Positions 44,901 to 59,427 of a stretch of DNA of 64,000 nucleotides are shown here, in pieces. The translations under genes were made by a program, and so were the position numbers. A model generated the notes under the pieces. The model had not been told where the DNA came from. It did not search any database and saw only the letters and a program-made list of their open reading frames with translations. This stretch comes from Eledone cirrhosa (lineage: Eukaryota). The DNA lies in NCBI GenBank assembly GCA_964016885.1, contig OZ024742.1:116498001-116562000 (forward strand), given 5' to 3'. Position 1 is the stretch's first letter; every line of letters starts with the position of its first letter.

Positions 44901-46969
44901 ATAAAGTTTGACTACGTATATATGTGTTTGCGTCAGCATCTAACAGTTCGACAAAAAAGTACCGATAAAATAAGTACCAGACTTCTAAATCTAAGTACTG
45001 TTATGTATATGTTCGACTAAATCATGATAGTGCCCCAGCATGACTGAAGAAAAAGAAACAAAATATACTTATATTCACTCATATACACCGTCCGTCCCTA
45101 CCAATGTAGCTACATTTCAATTTGATATTAACAGAACTTCTGGCTATCAACTTAGCCCTCTCCCTAAAAAATGTTCCGATGACCTTTTATTGCCACATCA
45201 TATTCATAACATAGACAAACATGTATTCCAAATGCTAGGCATCCTCATAGGTGTTTATATGATAATACGCCTCTCCCCATATTAAAGCAGTGCACCATAA
45301 TCAATGCAGACCTCAACCCTTCAAAAGGCTATTTGATTGATTAACAAACTTCCATACATCATCATACTACAATTACTAACCTTTGGTGTACTGTACCCTC
45401 TCTCTCTTTCTCTCTCTCTCTCTGTATATATGTTTGTATCATTCTCAACTGCTCTTTGCAAATTCCTCTCTTCCGTTACTATATTGATTCCTATTTATCT
45501 AAACCAATGATAGTATAGTCGCAATTTGAATATTGCATCGGCAAATGAATTGAATATCCGTAACTATTTTTCTATGGATAAAAATCTTGTAAATTGCTCA
45601 AGCAGGTTTGAGTAGACTATACTATTATATTTAATAAACCGAAACGTGCTGTTAGTTTTATGAGACTACTATCATTTAGGTATAAAAAGAGTATTGTTTT
45701 ACGTTGGCGGTTCTACTCTTGTAATTGTAATATTTCCTTTAGCTTTTTCCATGGTTGTACAGTTTCTACTAACAATGCACATCACTGTCTATATTTCCAT
45801 TAATGATCTGTTATATTATCAATTGATGCTTACAAGGTAACAGTTTACGTTATGAAAAACAAATAAACTATAAAAACATTTTTGAAATGTAAAACAGAAA
45901 GTCTAAGAGTCTGGTTATTATTATAAAGCTTGTACGCAGATTAACTCATATAAATACAGTGTCAGTTTTATCTCATTGCAGTGTTTATAATGCTTGATTG
46001 ACATGCTGGAATAGCTAATGAGAACCGTCTGCTATCTTTTTTATATAGTTTATTTGTACATTGGTAGCTAATAACACCAACAATGTTTGTTTTTTATCCG
46101 TTGCTCTTAGTATTTATACATATTTTCTAATATCTGAAAAACATATTACATGATAAACAATTATTTCATACATATTTTTTGTATGCAAGTGACAAGAAGT
46201 TTTATGTATTAATGTTGTTTAAACAGCAACATACTACAGAAAGATATATCAAACAGGAAATTGATCCTGGGGATAATACAAATATTTTTTTTATGGAAAT
46301 CTGTTCAGTTGTTGTTGTTTCGTATTTGTCAGGGCGGAAATGGAAGTGCCTATAACCTTTTTCATGGCCTCTGAGACTGGTCGAAGAGAGAAAGATATCC
46401 TCTGGTAAGAGACCTGGTGCAAATGCTTGCAACTGAATAGACTCCCCTGAAGTGACAGATTGAAATCTACCATTCAAATAGACCACAGCAGGATTTGAAC
46501 TCAGCATATACTCTAACTGACCTTCATTTCACCTTTAAATATGCGGTGATGACTTAAACGACGTTTTTCAATGGTGTAATTTTATTTTAATTGTTATACC
46601 TCTCTGAATCCTTGTTTTTCTCATCAGAACCTCTCTGTGATTGTTCATATTCAATGAACTTGCATTTCTAAACGTGTTACATATACCGAGCATAGATATT
46701 TTCATTAGTGATCGAAGGGATAAAACTAAACTTCAGATATCTCGGTTTGGAGATACGCCACTCCCACAATTCTGGAAATCCATAAAAATGGGTCTTCGGC
46801 GTTATTGCCACCCCCGAGTAAACAGTAAAAACTATTGTTCTATAATACTTTCCAATTGAATTTATTTAAACTTTCACTTAATCATGTTCCTATTTTATAT
46901 GTATGAATTATCTATATGCACTTATTCATTTGAGTTATAAAGGATTTTATTCATATTGGGTTCTGATAT

Positions 46970-47160
46970 AGGCAAAAGTCAAGCAAACTTTGGAGGATGA
47001 GCAAATTCGATGAATCGTCCCCAGTATTTGACTTGTAGTTTATTTTATCAACACTGGAAGGATGAAAGGCAAAGTTGACATTTTCACCATATGTAAAGAG
47101 CCTGAAAAATAATGCAATGGCAATTTAAGCAACACTATTAATTCTGCCACACGACCACTC
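46970..47160 (-). mobile_element. Old SINE copy (same superfamily)
   Basis: GGAAGGATGAAAGGCAAAGTTGAC core. Confidence 0.7.
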
Positions 47161-49589
47161 TCAAATATGTTATTCATATTCAGCGTATGTCTGGAGCATA
47201 GATATGTGCCCTGGTCTATTTATCGCTACTTCTTGTTCCTTTATAGCTGCTTCTCAACCTGCGCAAAACCGGGTGTTCTGCTAGTAAACAATAATTATCT
47301 CGATTTGTCAAGTGTAGTTATAAAAGTTCCAGTTCTCTTGTAATTGTAACTTGGAAATATAGGAGTCTGTAAAACTTTATTATCAACAGTTTCAGTCTTA
47401 CATTATCTTAAGTGTATATGAAGTATTGTTTTATGAAGCCATGGTGAGGACATCATATTTCACTATATTATCACTTGGCTGAGAAACCTTAGTAGTCCAA
47501 GTAGTTATGTCTAATATTCTGTTCTTTTATTAAGGCAAAGACATAAACAACTTTGAAAATACAGCTTGATGGTTATTAAAGATAGAGAACAAAGCTGATT
47601 GTTGATTAGAGGAGCGTTGCCACAAATCCTTCTGAGGATTTAATGGGGTTATAGGTTACGCAAAACTCTTTGAAATTCATTGATTCGTTATAATTAAAAT
47701 TTTCAATTAGGAATTCAACTTCAATCTGAGCTTGTGCATTGTGCAGAAATCACATCAAATTTCGCTTAAGAATTCAGAAATAATCTTAATACGTTTTCAG
47801 ACATTAAATCTGAAACGCTGATATCCATTACATCTTTGATTTAGTGAATCTGTATTCATTAGCATCAAAATAATTTTCATGAAGAACACGCGCTAAAATA
47901 ATGACAATATTTTATAAAACATTTTACTTTATAAGATAATGATTTGGGGTAATATATTTTAGATTAAGTGTGCTGTTCATTACTTGGATAGTTTAAGGTA
48001 GTTAATACATTAATAAACAACGTATGAAGCTAAGACAAGTTTTCTTTCTTAATATTTATTTACTAGATAAATAGCAGGTACACATACTATTATGACATTT
48101 TGAGCCCGAGCAACAACACATTAATTTCTGTATAACACCTAAGATTGAAACAGAGAGAAAATCCATTTATAGTGGTGAAGTAGCTGTCACACGAGCTTCT
48201 GAAAAATGCCATGCGGAATTGCTTTTGAGCCGAAAGAAAAGTCTTGTGGTAATGAATCAGAATCATTGCGTTCTGTGGATATTGTGTCGTAGATTTCATC
48301 TGACGTCCAGGTTAATGCCAACACCTGGGTCTTGGATGCCTTTAGCAGAGCCCATTCTGTTACAAGCATTCGTAATGTATCTCCGGTTTGTGGATACTTT
48401 CCTTGGAGACCCGTGGTATGATGGACACTGTCCCAACCTCCCTGACAAAACAGTAATAAAACAATAAAGTAACGTGTTAGAAAGTTGATGAGAATGATTT
48501 GTGGTAATCCTTTCGGTTTTCTCTGCTCTCAAAGTTCAAATCCCGCCGAGGCGAACTTAGCTTTTTATCCTTTTAAAATCGATAAAAATGTTCGATACTA
48601 GGGTAGATTCTTCCTCTACATCTCTTTCTTACTTAATCTCATTCTTTTACTCTTTCTCTGGAGGAAATTGCCGGTGTTCAAGCCTGAAGAGTTTATGGGG
48701 TCCATATATAGGAACAAGAGCTCCTAAATTGTTGGACACATATATCTACAAATAGTTTTCTGGTTTAGCTGTTGAATCAAGCTTCGCTAAACGTAATATA
48801 CTGCACACAAATATAGTAATACTCCAACTAAAGAAGTAAAGTATTTCCAGAAATAGCAGCTAAATGACTTATCATATTTCATTCTCCCATCTTTTAAAAA
48901 GTAGTGGCAGGTTGGATGAAGATAATGTTGATGTTGTTGTTGGTTATCATGATGGAGGATAAAAGATATTTGCAGTCAATTTACAACTCTATCTACTGAC
49001 ATTTTTTTCTATTTCCTTCCTTACATTTTAATAACATAATACTTAGGAAACAGTTTTAAATGTCATTTTAATAACCTTATTAAAATATTATTTCTCAAGA
49101 AAGATTGCACATTCTATGAACTTGTAAAATATAACAAAACAACAAGGTTCTGTTGTATAACATCTTCATACTCGAAAGTTAATAGTTCAGATATAGTCAA
49201 AGAAAATATTAAATTAGTTTTAAAAATAAGAAACTCATTTCTAAGATAAAATTCTCAATTCTTCTCTTGGTGAAGTTGTATAATAATAAGGAGGTTGTTG
49301 TTTATATTTAATACTTATGTGCTCGGAAATTAAAGGAAATTTCTTAAAGGAATTTTTTCTAACGTTATGTTAATATTGGAAAGTAAATAATAGCTTGACA
49401 ATAAAATTATATTATAGGTATCTCTGTATCACTGATAATCCACACGGAAATGTGTTCAATTATATATCATTTGGTATATTTCAGAAAAGTAGGTTGAAAA
49501 TTGTATATGACAATAGAAAAAACTAGAACAAATTTTAAATGTTTTCTTCTTCTCTTCCTCCTTCTCTCCTCTTCCCTTTATTTATGTTT

Positions 49590-49905
49590 TTAGCAGGAGA
49601 GGTGAGAGTGTGCGACCTTGGTGGAGCCAGACACCCATATTGAATGGTTTCGATTTCGCACCATTTATCCGAACAAAATGAAAGAGGACATTCGTATAGA
49701 AACTTCAGACCAATAAGAAGCTGTCCATTGATCCCATACTCATGCAAAACCTTCCATAATAGGTCATAGGGAATGCGATCATATTCCTTTTCGAGATATA
49801 CAAAACGAGGATTACCTCTTCACAATACTCTCACAATTTCTCAAAGACCTGCCACAGTGTGAATATTTTGACACGATTATCACCAAAATATCGCCGTCCA
49901 TCACG
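49590..49905 (-). mobile_element. RTE-type LINE RT fragment
   Basis: Remnant peptides EKEYDRIP..L.KVLHEYGINGQLL and ..LSPLL in decayed frames. Confidence 0.7.
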
Positions 49906-50716
49906 GAGAATCCATTTACCTCACATACACATCCGTACTCTCCGCATCCATACACGAGTTGAATATATATATATATACATGCATACACACATACATGCTT
50001 ACTAGTGAATTATTTAAATAAAAATAGTTATGATTAAATAATCTGGGCAGCATGTACTCGGAGGTCAGGACGCAGTATACTCGAATGATCAAGTAGCTCA
50101 CTTCACAATCATAAATCCCAGGTTCGACCCCACTGCATAGCATCTTGGCTAAATGATATTTACCAGAGCCATGAGTTGATGCAACATTTTGAGTGAGATC
50201 ATGTACACGGGAACATTTTAGAAACCTATCGCATGGTCTTCTGTAATTAAAAAATCTGACCTTGTCACACAATGTCACACTGTATCTCTCTAAGAATTAC
50301 GTTATGGGTACACGTTTCAGTTGTATAATAAATCACTTATACATTACTTTCACCTGTAGGCAATTCTATTGATAAACAACTGGATCATTCTTCGTCGAAA
50401 CCGATGGAAATCCATTCCATTCAAAGAAGTATTGAATCTCCGTCGGTTTTGCGAATGAGTCCTCCGACTGTTCGGAAATAGGAATGGCCTATTCATGAAA
50501 TTAACGTATATGTGACTGAATATTCCACAGAGACGTGTACCCATAAAATAATCTTAAGTTTCCATCTTTCAAATTTCACTAAGTTTGAATCTATCCAATG
50601 CGATGGTAAGAGACACTTGATCTGCATGCCATACATATGCATCTAACTTGATACCTGATTGTGAAGCCAATTTAACTAATAGACCAATATTTGCATCCAT
50701 TATTTCAGTATGACAA

Positions 50717-50903
50717 GGGCGGTGAATTGACAGTATCGGTAGAGGGTCAGACATGCTTTCCAGCACAGTTACGTCCCTTTACGATCTGAGTTCAAATCCC
50801 GCTGAGGTTAACTTTGCCTTTCATCCTTACGAGGTCGATAAAATAAAGTACCAGTAATGTACTGTGTAATTGCTGGCCTTGTGCCAAAAGTAGAATCAAT
50901 TAT
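50717..50903 (+). mobile_element. Young SINE copy with 17-bp TSD
   Basis: ATTATTTCAGTATGACA on both sides. Confidence 0.93.
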
Positions 50904-52053
50904 TTCAGTATGACATTGCTGCTAGCAAGAAAATAAACTATTTGAAAAGGACGGAAAAATGCTAGCATATTTTGCCAAAACGTTTCTGACAGGATTGTGA
51001 ACGAAATAGCTTTAACACTATTTCCCAACTGGTAATAAAATAGAGCCATAACATATAGAAACGGCTGCAGTCACCTTAATATGTGAGAGCTAAAATCCGT
51101 CGAAAGACGTGCACTGTTAACATTCGATATGAGATGTTTACAGAATGAGGCTATTGAATCCAGTTTCGTTTGCCCACCCTCATGTTTGAAAATACTATTT
51201 TCTACGGTGATAAGTCTATTTGGTCATCTTCCATAACATCTTAGGTGATTTAGGTTTTATCGCTAATGATCACCATCATCAAGGACGAATAAATATAATG
51301 CATTATATTTTTGGATAGGATTTAAAATAAGATTAATGTATGTATCAAATAGTACTTCGTTTTATGGTTAATCCATATTGTACTAGATGTTTTCCTTTTA
51401 TTTCTAGAGGATCTAATCAAGATTGTAATCCATTATTTATCATTAAATACGTAAGTTTTCTGATATGGCAACAAATATTAAATAAATGAATATAAAGCTA
51501 AGAGATTTATCGAATGAGTGTTCAACTGCGTAATTATAAATGTCCCATCAACTAATCCTTATTGAATTAGTTCAGTAGCTTCAAGCTTCTTACACTGTAA
51601 TTCAAGTTCGGTGTCGACTGTTAACCTTTATACATAGGAGATTGTGTAAATATATGAAGTCAAAATATTGTCCGCCCTTCCTCCCCTCCCACTCCGCCTA
51701 TCACATATCAGATCTACAAGTTCCCCAAAGGAATGAAATAGAAAATGAATGGGAGAGAGGGAAAGAGAGAGAGAGAGAACAGGGGGGAAAAACAAGTAAA
51801 TAATCGTTATAGAACCTGTCTATTGTACCGCATGCCTAATAATGTTTCCCCTGTGTAAGATGAAGTCAATGTATGCTATCCCATAACGGTAGTCTGCAAA
51901 AAGGTTTTTACATGACCGTTCGACCTGTTTGAAATAGCAACCAGAAAACGTTCTCGAATCACACACTCCTATCTTAGAGACTATATTTGACAAGGTAGCT
52001 CTTGGTATATAAAAGGATGGAACATTCATGATTGGAACGCCTTTAATTAAAAT

Positions 52054-52272
52054 AGCGGTGGATTGGGAGTATCGGTAGAGGGTCCGACGCCATGCTTTGC
52101 AGCATATAGTTACGGCCCTTTATGATCTGAGATCAAATCCCACCGTGGTTAATTTTACTTTCATCCTTAAGGGGTCGGTAAAATAAAGTAGCTGTAACGC
52201 ACTGGGATCGATTTAATCGACTTTCCCCTCCTCACAAATTAGTGGATTTGTGCCTAAATCAGAAACCATTAT
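52054..52272 (+). mobile_element. SINE (long-tail variant)
   Basis: Match to the family consensus. Confidence 0.88.
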
Positions 52273-52693
52273 CATAGTACCATACCGAATGATTAGTTTG
52301 TATCGTAAAAAAAAAATTAACTTAATCATTCCTTGATTGCAGCATTATTTTGTCTACTTTGCCTCAAATCGTTATATATATTCTATATATACTGTATACT
52401 AATGCCGGCCTTCTATACGCAAATATGTATTTATCGCATATCTGTAATGTTTCAAGTGTGATGAAATCATTTCTTATTAATATATTTATACATTTTTATT
52501 TATTCGACAACTGTTACCCACAGTGATAAATGTGTACTTCCACAATTACATGTTATATGAGAGCTAACACTCGTATCCCTATAATAACTGCCCTCATAAC
52601 TCATCTTCTACAAAATTGTTAGCTTCAGAAAATACGAATAAATCATGAATTTGCTTATGAACAACATTCGCTTTTATACCTGTTCATTACCAA

Positions 52694-52762
<69 letters not shown>

Positions 52763-52779
52763 GTGTGTGTGTGTTTTTT

Positions 52780-53535
52780 GTCCAGCGATAGCATCCCTCA
52801 TTTTGTGTTTTGGAGAAGTTGCTCAAGACATACTCAAAGGTTCCTGCTTTGGAATAAAAACAGCACATTGACGTTTGCACCATGACCCATAGAAACAGGT
52901 TGGATAGGCTGGGCAGGACATCATAAACCATCATGTATCAAGAATTCCATCCTTTGTTTGTTCAGTATCCAGATGTCCTGCCGCCTGTTCCCACTTCATC
53001 CGACCACCGTGCATTCCCAAGGCTACTGATCTGGTTGCATGCCCCTTCTCCACCGAAGATCGCATCTTTCCCTGCACAAGCTTCCGACTCTCTTTAGTGT
53101 CTTATCTGTTTGATGTTTAGTTACAAATTCCAGCTCTACTCTGTGCCACACTCCAAAGAAAAGATTTGTTCTTCCACTATACCCCAGTCTGCTTATCGAT
53201 CTGAGCTGTCTTCTGCTCCTTTTAAGTCCACACAACAATTCCTGCACAATCCACTTTTGAGTACTTTGATCCAGCAAATGTCCTCGTGTGCATGATGCCA
53301 TGAAATATTCTGATACAGCTGAATGGAAGTCTGAGCGTGTTGCCGTACCCATACATTTCAATGCTGCTCAAACTCCGTGGCAAACCCAGCCATCTACAAA
53401 GATGGATGGCTTCTCAACTTGGCGCTCCCAGCCTTCCATTAGTATGCAGACTTCAAATATAAGGGAGCCAGATGATTCTTTGGCGTATCCCATGTTTCTA
53501 AACGTAAGTCCCGGATTTTCCCTATGTATTTGATT
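52780..53535 (-). mobile_element. Hero-type (R2/NeSL-group) RLE non-LTR retrotransposon fragment
   Basis: Frameshifted peptides RWLGLPRSLSSIEMYG..LRLPF and VYDVLPSLSNLFLW..C..GTFEYVLS..EGCYRW, typical of the Hero thumb to Zn-knuckle region. Confidence 0.82.
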
Positions 53536-55330
53536 TAAATCTCTTCACAAACAAGCCGAAAATATTGTAAATTTCCCATTATCTTCATCTTATATTTGTC
53601 TCCAAAGTGTGACATCTGTGTTTATTTTCTCTCTGGTCAGAAGGACTGTTTCACAAATATTAACTAAACTGCATTATTTTGTTTTTGTTGTTTATCCCAG
53701 TCTCTTAATATAACCAGGACTTCATTATTCCATCCGTTCCTTACAAGTCGGTAAGGAGAGGTATGAGGAAATTTAAGTGCTATTTCTAACATAACTTATA
53801 GGCATTCGGCATGGCTACGTGACGCATTTGTAGATATATATATATCCCCAGGTTAACCAATGCCTTGTGAGTCATATTTGGTATACAGTAACTTTGTAGA
53901 AGCCCATCCTATATTTACATACATATGTGTGTTCTAGTCTCTGCTTACGTTTACTGCTTGTTTTTGTGTAGTGAATTAGGGCTTCAACAAAACGAATTCG
54001 ATATAATTACAAAACTTGCAAAGTAAATATTGAGGTCGATATGATCGCTTGAATCACGTAATTAGTGCCCCAACATGACCTCAGCCTAATGACTGAAACA
54101 AGTAAAAAGAAAATTAAAGAATATAGTAGTAAAATTGGAATGTTTCGTAGTGTTCAGTATGAGACACTTAGATTTAAGTGTGCCTCATCAGATATCTATG
54201 AAGAAAATTAAAACCAGATCTGAAAATGTTATCTAAAGTAAACCGGTATATTTGCTGTGCGGATACTATTGCTGCATACTTTCCCCTGAAGCCGGGGTAT
54301 CATAATATCCTAAAGAAAACAAAACATTACAGCAGATGGAAATCCAGTTTAAGGACATAGACTTTTGCTTCACAAATCAAAAATGAAAGAAATCGACCAG
54401 ATGATACCTGAAACACTGTACTACTGTGAAATTGTAACAGTATCTATAGGTATTAGCAATGATCATTCGGGTGATCGATTGACTTATGAATTAACGCGTG
54501 AATTAGACATTTATTGCATTTGCCAAGCCAAATCAACGTGATACAATTCGTATCAAAACTGGGCTCTGAATTACTGGTAAAATCCAACCAACAAGCTTCC
54601 TCGTAGTCTCTGACTAATCAGTTTCATTGACTGAACTGTTATCAACACGTGGCTACGATCGGCGTGACGTTCCAAATGGCCTTGTATTAGGACCGAATCC
54701 AGAACCAAGTAAGTGTGAAAATTTACAGCCATAACTGTAATACGAATCGTAGAGTAAAATAGAAAGTGACATCAGTAAACCTGAGATATTGTGGTTTACA
54801 GGATTTAACTGTTGAAGCGAAACTCCAACCAGTTTAGAGGTGCAATCAAATAGCTAAGAGTAGAAATCTTCAAACAGAATAAAACAGTGTGAAGGAACAC
54901 AATGAAATGGCCCAGAAAACAACATTGATCGATACAACATGGATAAAATATTTATAAATAGCTTGTGGATAAAAATTATTGGAAACATCAGTTTCATAAC
55001 AAATAATCAGAATGGCTGCAAACTGGAAAGAATATATAAATTGTTGAGGAGCAAGAATGGTAGGAAGAGATTACAGAGAAACAGATTTTCAGAACGAGAG
55101 GTTTTGGAAATAGACGGATTAATAAATTTGGAGTTATTTTCCGTAGAGATACAATTTAGAAATCGTTACAATAACATCATGATTGTGATATTGTAGCCCG
55201 TAATATAAAAATAAAATTGGTTTACAAGATAACATAAATGCATGGAGCAGACACGTACGACTCAGCGTGGTTACTCGAACACCTACAAATAATAATCAGA
55301 TCATTCTTAAATCTAATAATACCGTATTAT

Positions 55331-55525
55331 TGGGCGGTGGATTGACAGTATCGGTAGAGGGTCGGACGCCATGCTTTGCAGCATAGAGTTACGCTCCTTT
55401 ACGGTCTGAGTTCAAATCCCGCCGAGGTTAACTTTGCCTTTCATCCTTACAGGGTCGATAAAATAAAGCACCAGTAATTCACTGGGATAATTGCAGGCCT
55501 TGTGCCAAAAATAGAAACAATTATT
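55331..55525 (+). mobile_element. SINE copy
   Basis: Match to the family consensus. Confidence 0.92.
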
Positions 55526-56655
55526 AAAAAAGGACAAATATGATATTGTGGTCTGTGAAACACTACGAATAGAAAAGAAATGTTTTTTTTGTTTTCTATT
55601 CGTAGTGTATCTCTTTTGTTTTACCGAGCCTGTTGAATTAAGGCTAACCTGGCGCTAAACAATAAGCAATACGTGCATAGAATCTTCTGAATCGCAATCT
55701 AGTAAGCTGACGGTATATTTTGTTCTAAGTGTTATCTTCAGTCATAAATAGTCTTCCCTCGGCTTCAACGATGTGTTCTTGTCGGTCGATTAACGTTAAC
55801 GAGTTTTTCAAAGACACGTGTACCTATAAGGTATTTCTCAAAGTAATTCAGTATAACAAACTTTGAAATGGACTTCAAAATAGTAACCTCCTACTTAATT
55901 CCACTCATATGGCTTATGTTGACCTCAGGGTATGGTAAATTAAACTTTCGCAAGATGCCCCGCAGTAGGAGCAAACTTTTTAACCATTCAGCATACTGCA
56001 CATATATAGACTTGAACTATAATAAATTATTACCACATGTGCAGAAATACTAAATAAACCATTTATATTGGAAATAAGTAAGAGTTGGACATAAACTAGT
56101 GGCGATGTTTCGGCTAAAGTTATTTAATAAAGCTCACGTTTAGAACAGTTTGTAAGAGATACGATAATGGTCTAATACACAAATATTGTTTGAAACATCG
56201 ACGTTCGTGTTTACACATAGTAGTGAAATTTGGCAAAATTTGGTGAACTTTGCTGATAATACACAATAAACAAGTTGATAACAGAAATAGAAATGAGAGA
56301 CGATACCTGTCAATAATGTAGACATATTTAAGTACATGGAGAATATGTAGAATAAATGAGAAAATAAGATTCTTTCTGATAAAACAAATAACAAAAAACA
56401 ATGTAGATTCCCATCGTAACTTTCAACATATTATACCGTTACCATATACTTGGCAAGGATTTGAACATTCTAAGGTAATTTTCTCTTGTTTAAAAATAAT
56501 ATACCCATAATTATGTTATATAGCATACTGCATAACACATTAGGATTAAGAATATTTTCGTTATAGAACAATGATTCTGAACGTGGATATTCATTGATTT
56601 GTGAATTTGAATATTCCGGGAAGAACATTTTACACATTTTAAAATCCAGACAGGT

Positions 56656-56709
<54 letters not shown>

Positions 56710-57322
56710 GAGGAACCAATATCATAGAAATATAGTAGAATTATTTAACTTTGAAGGCACACTGATTGCTCTATTCGACATATTATGTGCTTATTCATTC
56801 GACAAAAATGCTGAAATGTGATGTCGTGTTGAGAAGCTAGTAAATATTTCAGTAGTAAAAACACAAAAATTATACTGCACTCAATTGTATGAATATGCCA
56901 TAATTAATATATCGGAAAATAGTGTCTAAAAATAATTACGAATGGTTGATACTATGATATCGCTGTAGGTAAGTCGATCTAATAGGCTGAAGTAAGAGTA
57001 TTTCAGAAGAATGAAATTGATTTGAAAACAAACTTTATAGACATGTATATAAATATAAGCATAACCATATGTAATGCATAACCCCGTGGATGATATTATC
57101 ACCAGGTGGTGAATTGGCTGCTATTAATGTGTCAGATAGAATGCCTTGCGCCATGTTACTGATATGCATTCTGTGTTCAACAGTGCCTTTCATATTTTGG
57201 GGTCTCTCCGAAAGGAATTTTGTGTTGTCAAAACTGAAAAGAAAAGAGCTCCACTAAATTTAGATATCCATCAGGAGTTAAGTGTCCGAACCTAGACAAT
57301 GCAATCAATACAGAGGGTTCAT

Positions 57323-57620
57323 GAAGGCAGAGGGTTTAGTGTCTACAATGTTGGGCTTATAATCGGGAAGTTGCCTGTTTGATTCCCGGAACGTGCGGTG
57401 CGTTGTATCCTTGGACAAGACACTTTATTTCACGTTGTTTCAAGTCAATCCTCTCGACGAAATGAATTGCCACTTTACTGGTACGAAGCTTTATTGGCCT
57501 TTGCGTTTCCCTTGGACATTTGTGGCGTGGAAAAGAATACAGGCATGTATGGGCGACTTCTGGTTATCTACCAAAACAACTTAACTAGGCTTGTGACTCG
57601 AGGGGGAATTTCATAAGTTC
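57323..57620 (+). mobile_element. tRNA-derived SINE (family of 4685-4885)
   Basis: GTTTGATTCCCGGA..CCTTGGACAAGACACTTTATTTCACGTTG. Confidence 0.75.
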
Positions 57621-59236
57621 AAAGCGATGGTAATTCCTGACCAAATGTGGCATACGTAAGGTTTTGATAAATCTATAATTTACTGGCAAACACATGTACT
57701 TTATTTTACCAACTACGAAATGGTGGAAAGTAAAGTTGACCTCGGAGGGGATTTCATCTAATAGTGCAGAAAACCAGAATTAATATCGGAATACATTTTG
57801 TCTATCGACTGAAGTACAAATAGACATAAATATTAAGCATGCTCATGCATTATTTCCTATATATGTGTATACAACTCAGTTCTTTGTTATTCATTGATAT
57901 ATAAGCACCAACAATTCTTTCGACAATCTTCAGTGGAGAAGAGATACAACTTCTAGCATGTTTTTTCTCTTTTCTATGTTTTTTTTTTCTTTCAATTTTT
58001 AACATTTTTGTTTTATTGCCTGGTTCATTTGTTGATTTGTATAAACAACTAAAACTAATAAAAAAAAAAATAACTACAAAACATATACAAATAACTTACG
58101 AATCTACCGTCAATTAAATATTTATTTTAGATTAGATTACTTCTTAGTTCATATGTGCGTGAATAGTTTATCTAGCTACTTATGATATTAGCACGGTAGA
58201 TTAGATTCCAAATAACAAACAATAATACGATTCCTTTAGTTTATATATTACTGTAACAGCATCAATACATCGACTATACGACTGAGCTGTCTGCAATAAT
58301 ATCATTGTCGAAAAGCTTAATGAACCTGAAAAATCTGCTAGAATGAGATAAACATCTACGGTTCAACGTGAACGGAGGAATATAACAATAAAAACAAAAG
58401 ACAAAAACATCCAAATGTGTTTCTATTATATTTCTCTATTTATAATTTAAAGATATATTTTGTTTTCATTGTTTTATTTATGGCACATACTTTCTCTCCC
58501 CCTCCCCCTCTCTCTCATTCTCTTCCTCGCAAACATATAAACTTAAATATGTACACGTATATGCGTGCGCACACGCACACATATGCAATAATTGTAGACA
58601 TTCCGTCGATAGTCGACGATGACTGTCTGGATGAAATGATGTCAGTTTTAATATCAAAATGGATTTGTTTTCTGGTACTGGTTTCTGTAATCCTACTGTG
58701 GACTACACCTAAACAAAGTGGCAGCGTGCAACAATTCAGAGAGAAACCTCTAAATATTTGACGCCAATTCCCTTCAATTCTGTGAGGCACTCTCCCTAGC
58801 ATCAGGGACTAAAAAGTCATTTTTTACCGTGGAAATTTTATTTCGGGGAGCCTAGATGCATATTTCCTTCTTTCCACTCGTAACATATCCTCGATTTCTT
58901 CTACCACACTCCATTTCCCAATACCAAACTAGGTCTGGCCTAAGCAGTGAACTAGATCTTGACTGGCCTCTGCCTTCTTCTGTCTTTCGGTAAAGATGGG
59001 TTTAGGTTGTGACACATCATTCCAATCAAGACTTAACTCATAAAGAACTTAAGTTTTTCAGATGTTAACGTTTGTGCGTGGACAAGAATTGTTTGATTCC
59101 ATACGTATGAAATATTTCTAATCCTGTAAATGTCATTACTATATGAAATTAACTTGAACCTTCTCAAAGGATGTGTTATGAAGATAAGTTGATAAGTGGC
59201 CTTTTCTATTTTCTCCTCGAAAAGCCATTTTTAATC

Positions 59237-59278
<42 letters not shown>

Positions 59279-59393
59279 GTGAGGTTTTTTTTACAAAATG
59301 AAAAATAACCGAGGTGTCCTACACGAGTGAAAGTATAAAGAAAAAGGGATGAAATCGAAAATTCAACTGGAATCTTATTTTTTTTTTTTTTTT

Positions 59394-59425
<32 letters not shown>

Positions 59426-59427
59426 TA

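Noticed and set aside
46333-46404. 72-nt plus-strand exon-like segment (TTTGTCAG...GTAAGA)
   Set aside because: Only one open frame, no recognisable peptide and no partner exons; such signals occur by chance.
55561-55607. 16-bp-arm hairpin CACTACGAATAGAAAA...TTTTCTATTCGTAGTG
   Set aside because: Isolated short inverted duplication; too little evidence for a miRNA or MITE.
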